Shown here one piece after another: positions 63,502 through 64,000 of a stretch of 64,000 nucleotides of DNA. Each line of letters opens with the position of its first letter. The first letter of the stretch is position 1. Under the pieces are notes generated by a model, which made no database searches, was not told the origin of the DNA, and was given only the letters and a program-made list of their open reading frames with translations. Position numbers and translations under genes: made by a program. The stretch is from Bacteroidales bacterium (lineage in GTDB: Bacteria; Bacteroidota; Bacteroidia; Bacteroidales; WCHB1-69). The DNA lies in contig JAFXTS010000021.1 of the NCBI GenBank assembly GCA_017535665.1, positions 4,796-68,795 on the forward strand, in the 5' to 3' direction.

Positions 63502-64000
63502 TTATGCATTTTTCTTGCACTTGTATTCTGAAGAGAGGCCCTTCCAGATCAGAGCGGCCACTGCGGCACCAGCCAGCGGGGCAACGATGAAGATCCAGAG
63601 GTCGGTGAGACCGTTGTTGGCGTTCAGATCGACCACTGCAGCAGCGATAGAACGAGCCGGGTTGACGGAGGTGTTGGTCACCGGGATGGAAACGAGGTGG
63701 ATGAGAGCCAAGCTCAAACCGATAGCGATGCCGGCGAAGCCTGCGGGAGCCTTCTCACTGGTGGCACCGAAGATGACGAACAGGAAGAGAGCGGTCATCA
63801 CAAACTCGCAAACGAAAGCCTGACAGGTGGTGAAGCCGTTGCCGTAGGGGTCAACAGCGTTTACTGCCAAACCATCAAAATGACCAGCGATGCAACCGAG
63901 GAGCAGAATACCGATGAAACCACCGATGATCTGGAATACCCAGTACAAAAGGGCATCCTTGCCTGAAATTTTGCCATTGATGAGCATGGCAAGCGTGATG
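63502..64000 (-). CDS. aqpZ: Aquaporin Z / MIP channel, N-terminus outside the window
   Basis: The second NPA box is SVNPARS. The frame stays open upstream of the listed Met to the window end, so the first NPA box should lie beyond 64000. Confidence 0.85.
   Translation of the reverse strand, partial: ITLAMLINGKISGKDALLYWVFQIIGGFIGILLLGCIAGHFDGLAVNAVDPYGNGFTTCQAFVCEFVMTALFLFVIFGATSEKAPAGFAGIAIGLSLALIHLVSIPVTNTSVNPARSIAAAVVDLNANNGLTDLWIFIVAPLAGAAVAALIWKGLSSEYKCKKNA

Overview
This 64 kb chromosomal segment looks like a Bacteroidota (Prevotella-like Bacteroidales) genome. That call is an inference from TAnnTTTG -7 promoter boxes, T9SS C-terminal sorting domains, TonB-dependent receptors and the absence of Shine-Dalgarno sites. 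All product calls come from reading motifs in the supplied translations; no searches were run.

Most of the window is GC-rich housekeeping sequence. Sampled 60-nt lines give about 60-65% GC, which explains the many long antisense artefact ORFs in the track.

Housekeeping and accessory genes:
- gdhA, aroQ, pepD, nadD, gmk, a ClpC-type ATPase and iorAB, plus aldehyde and alcohol dehydrogenases.
- A GH78 rhamnosidase, recQ, a ClC channel, an AMP-nucleosidase-like gene, tsaB and a partial aquaporin.
- Five isolated tRNAs (Pro-GGG, Phe-GAA, Asn-GTT, Leu-TAG, Val-GAC), each with its own -7 box, and a tmRNA.
- A giant Fn3-rich surface protein that the ORF track misses because it runs off the window edge.

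Main accessory content:
1. An RND efflux operon (adaptor, pump, outer-membrane factor) sits downstream of a LytS/LytTR-type two-component pair. Both of its intergenic junctions are interrupted by AT-rich cassettes that carry no mobility genes.
   - Cassette 1 (17.4-21.1 kb, about 30% GC) is a translationally coupled trio: an ABC/OLD-type AAA ATPase, an RloB/Toprim-like protein and a DUF2971 protein. This is my best candidate for an undescribed defence system.
   - Cassette 2 (24.3-26.6 kb) is a type II restriction-modification pair.
2. A cobalamin-riboswitch-controlled locus encodes a beta-propeller lipoprotein, a 932-aa T9SS-sorted repeat protein and a BtuB-like receptor.
3. Two dispersed repeat families are present.
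   - A 28-nt palindrome GTAGAGACG-N10-CGTCTCTAC occurs in five copies. One copy lies in frame inside the RND pump gene and two donate stop codons.
   - An approximately 105-nt multi-hairpin element occurs in three copies and shows compensatory stem changes.
4. There are tandem small helical paralogs (DUF5618-like) and an AT-rich orphan two-gene island between tRNA-Leu and tRNA-Val.

I saw no rRNA, CRISPR array, integrase or transposase.
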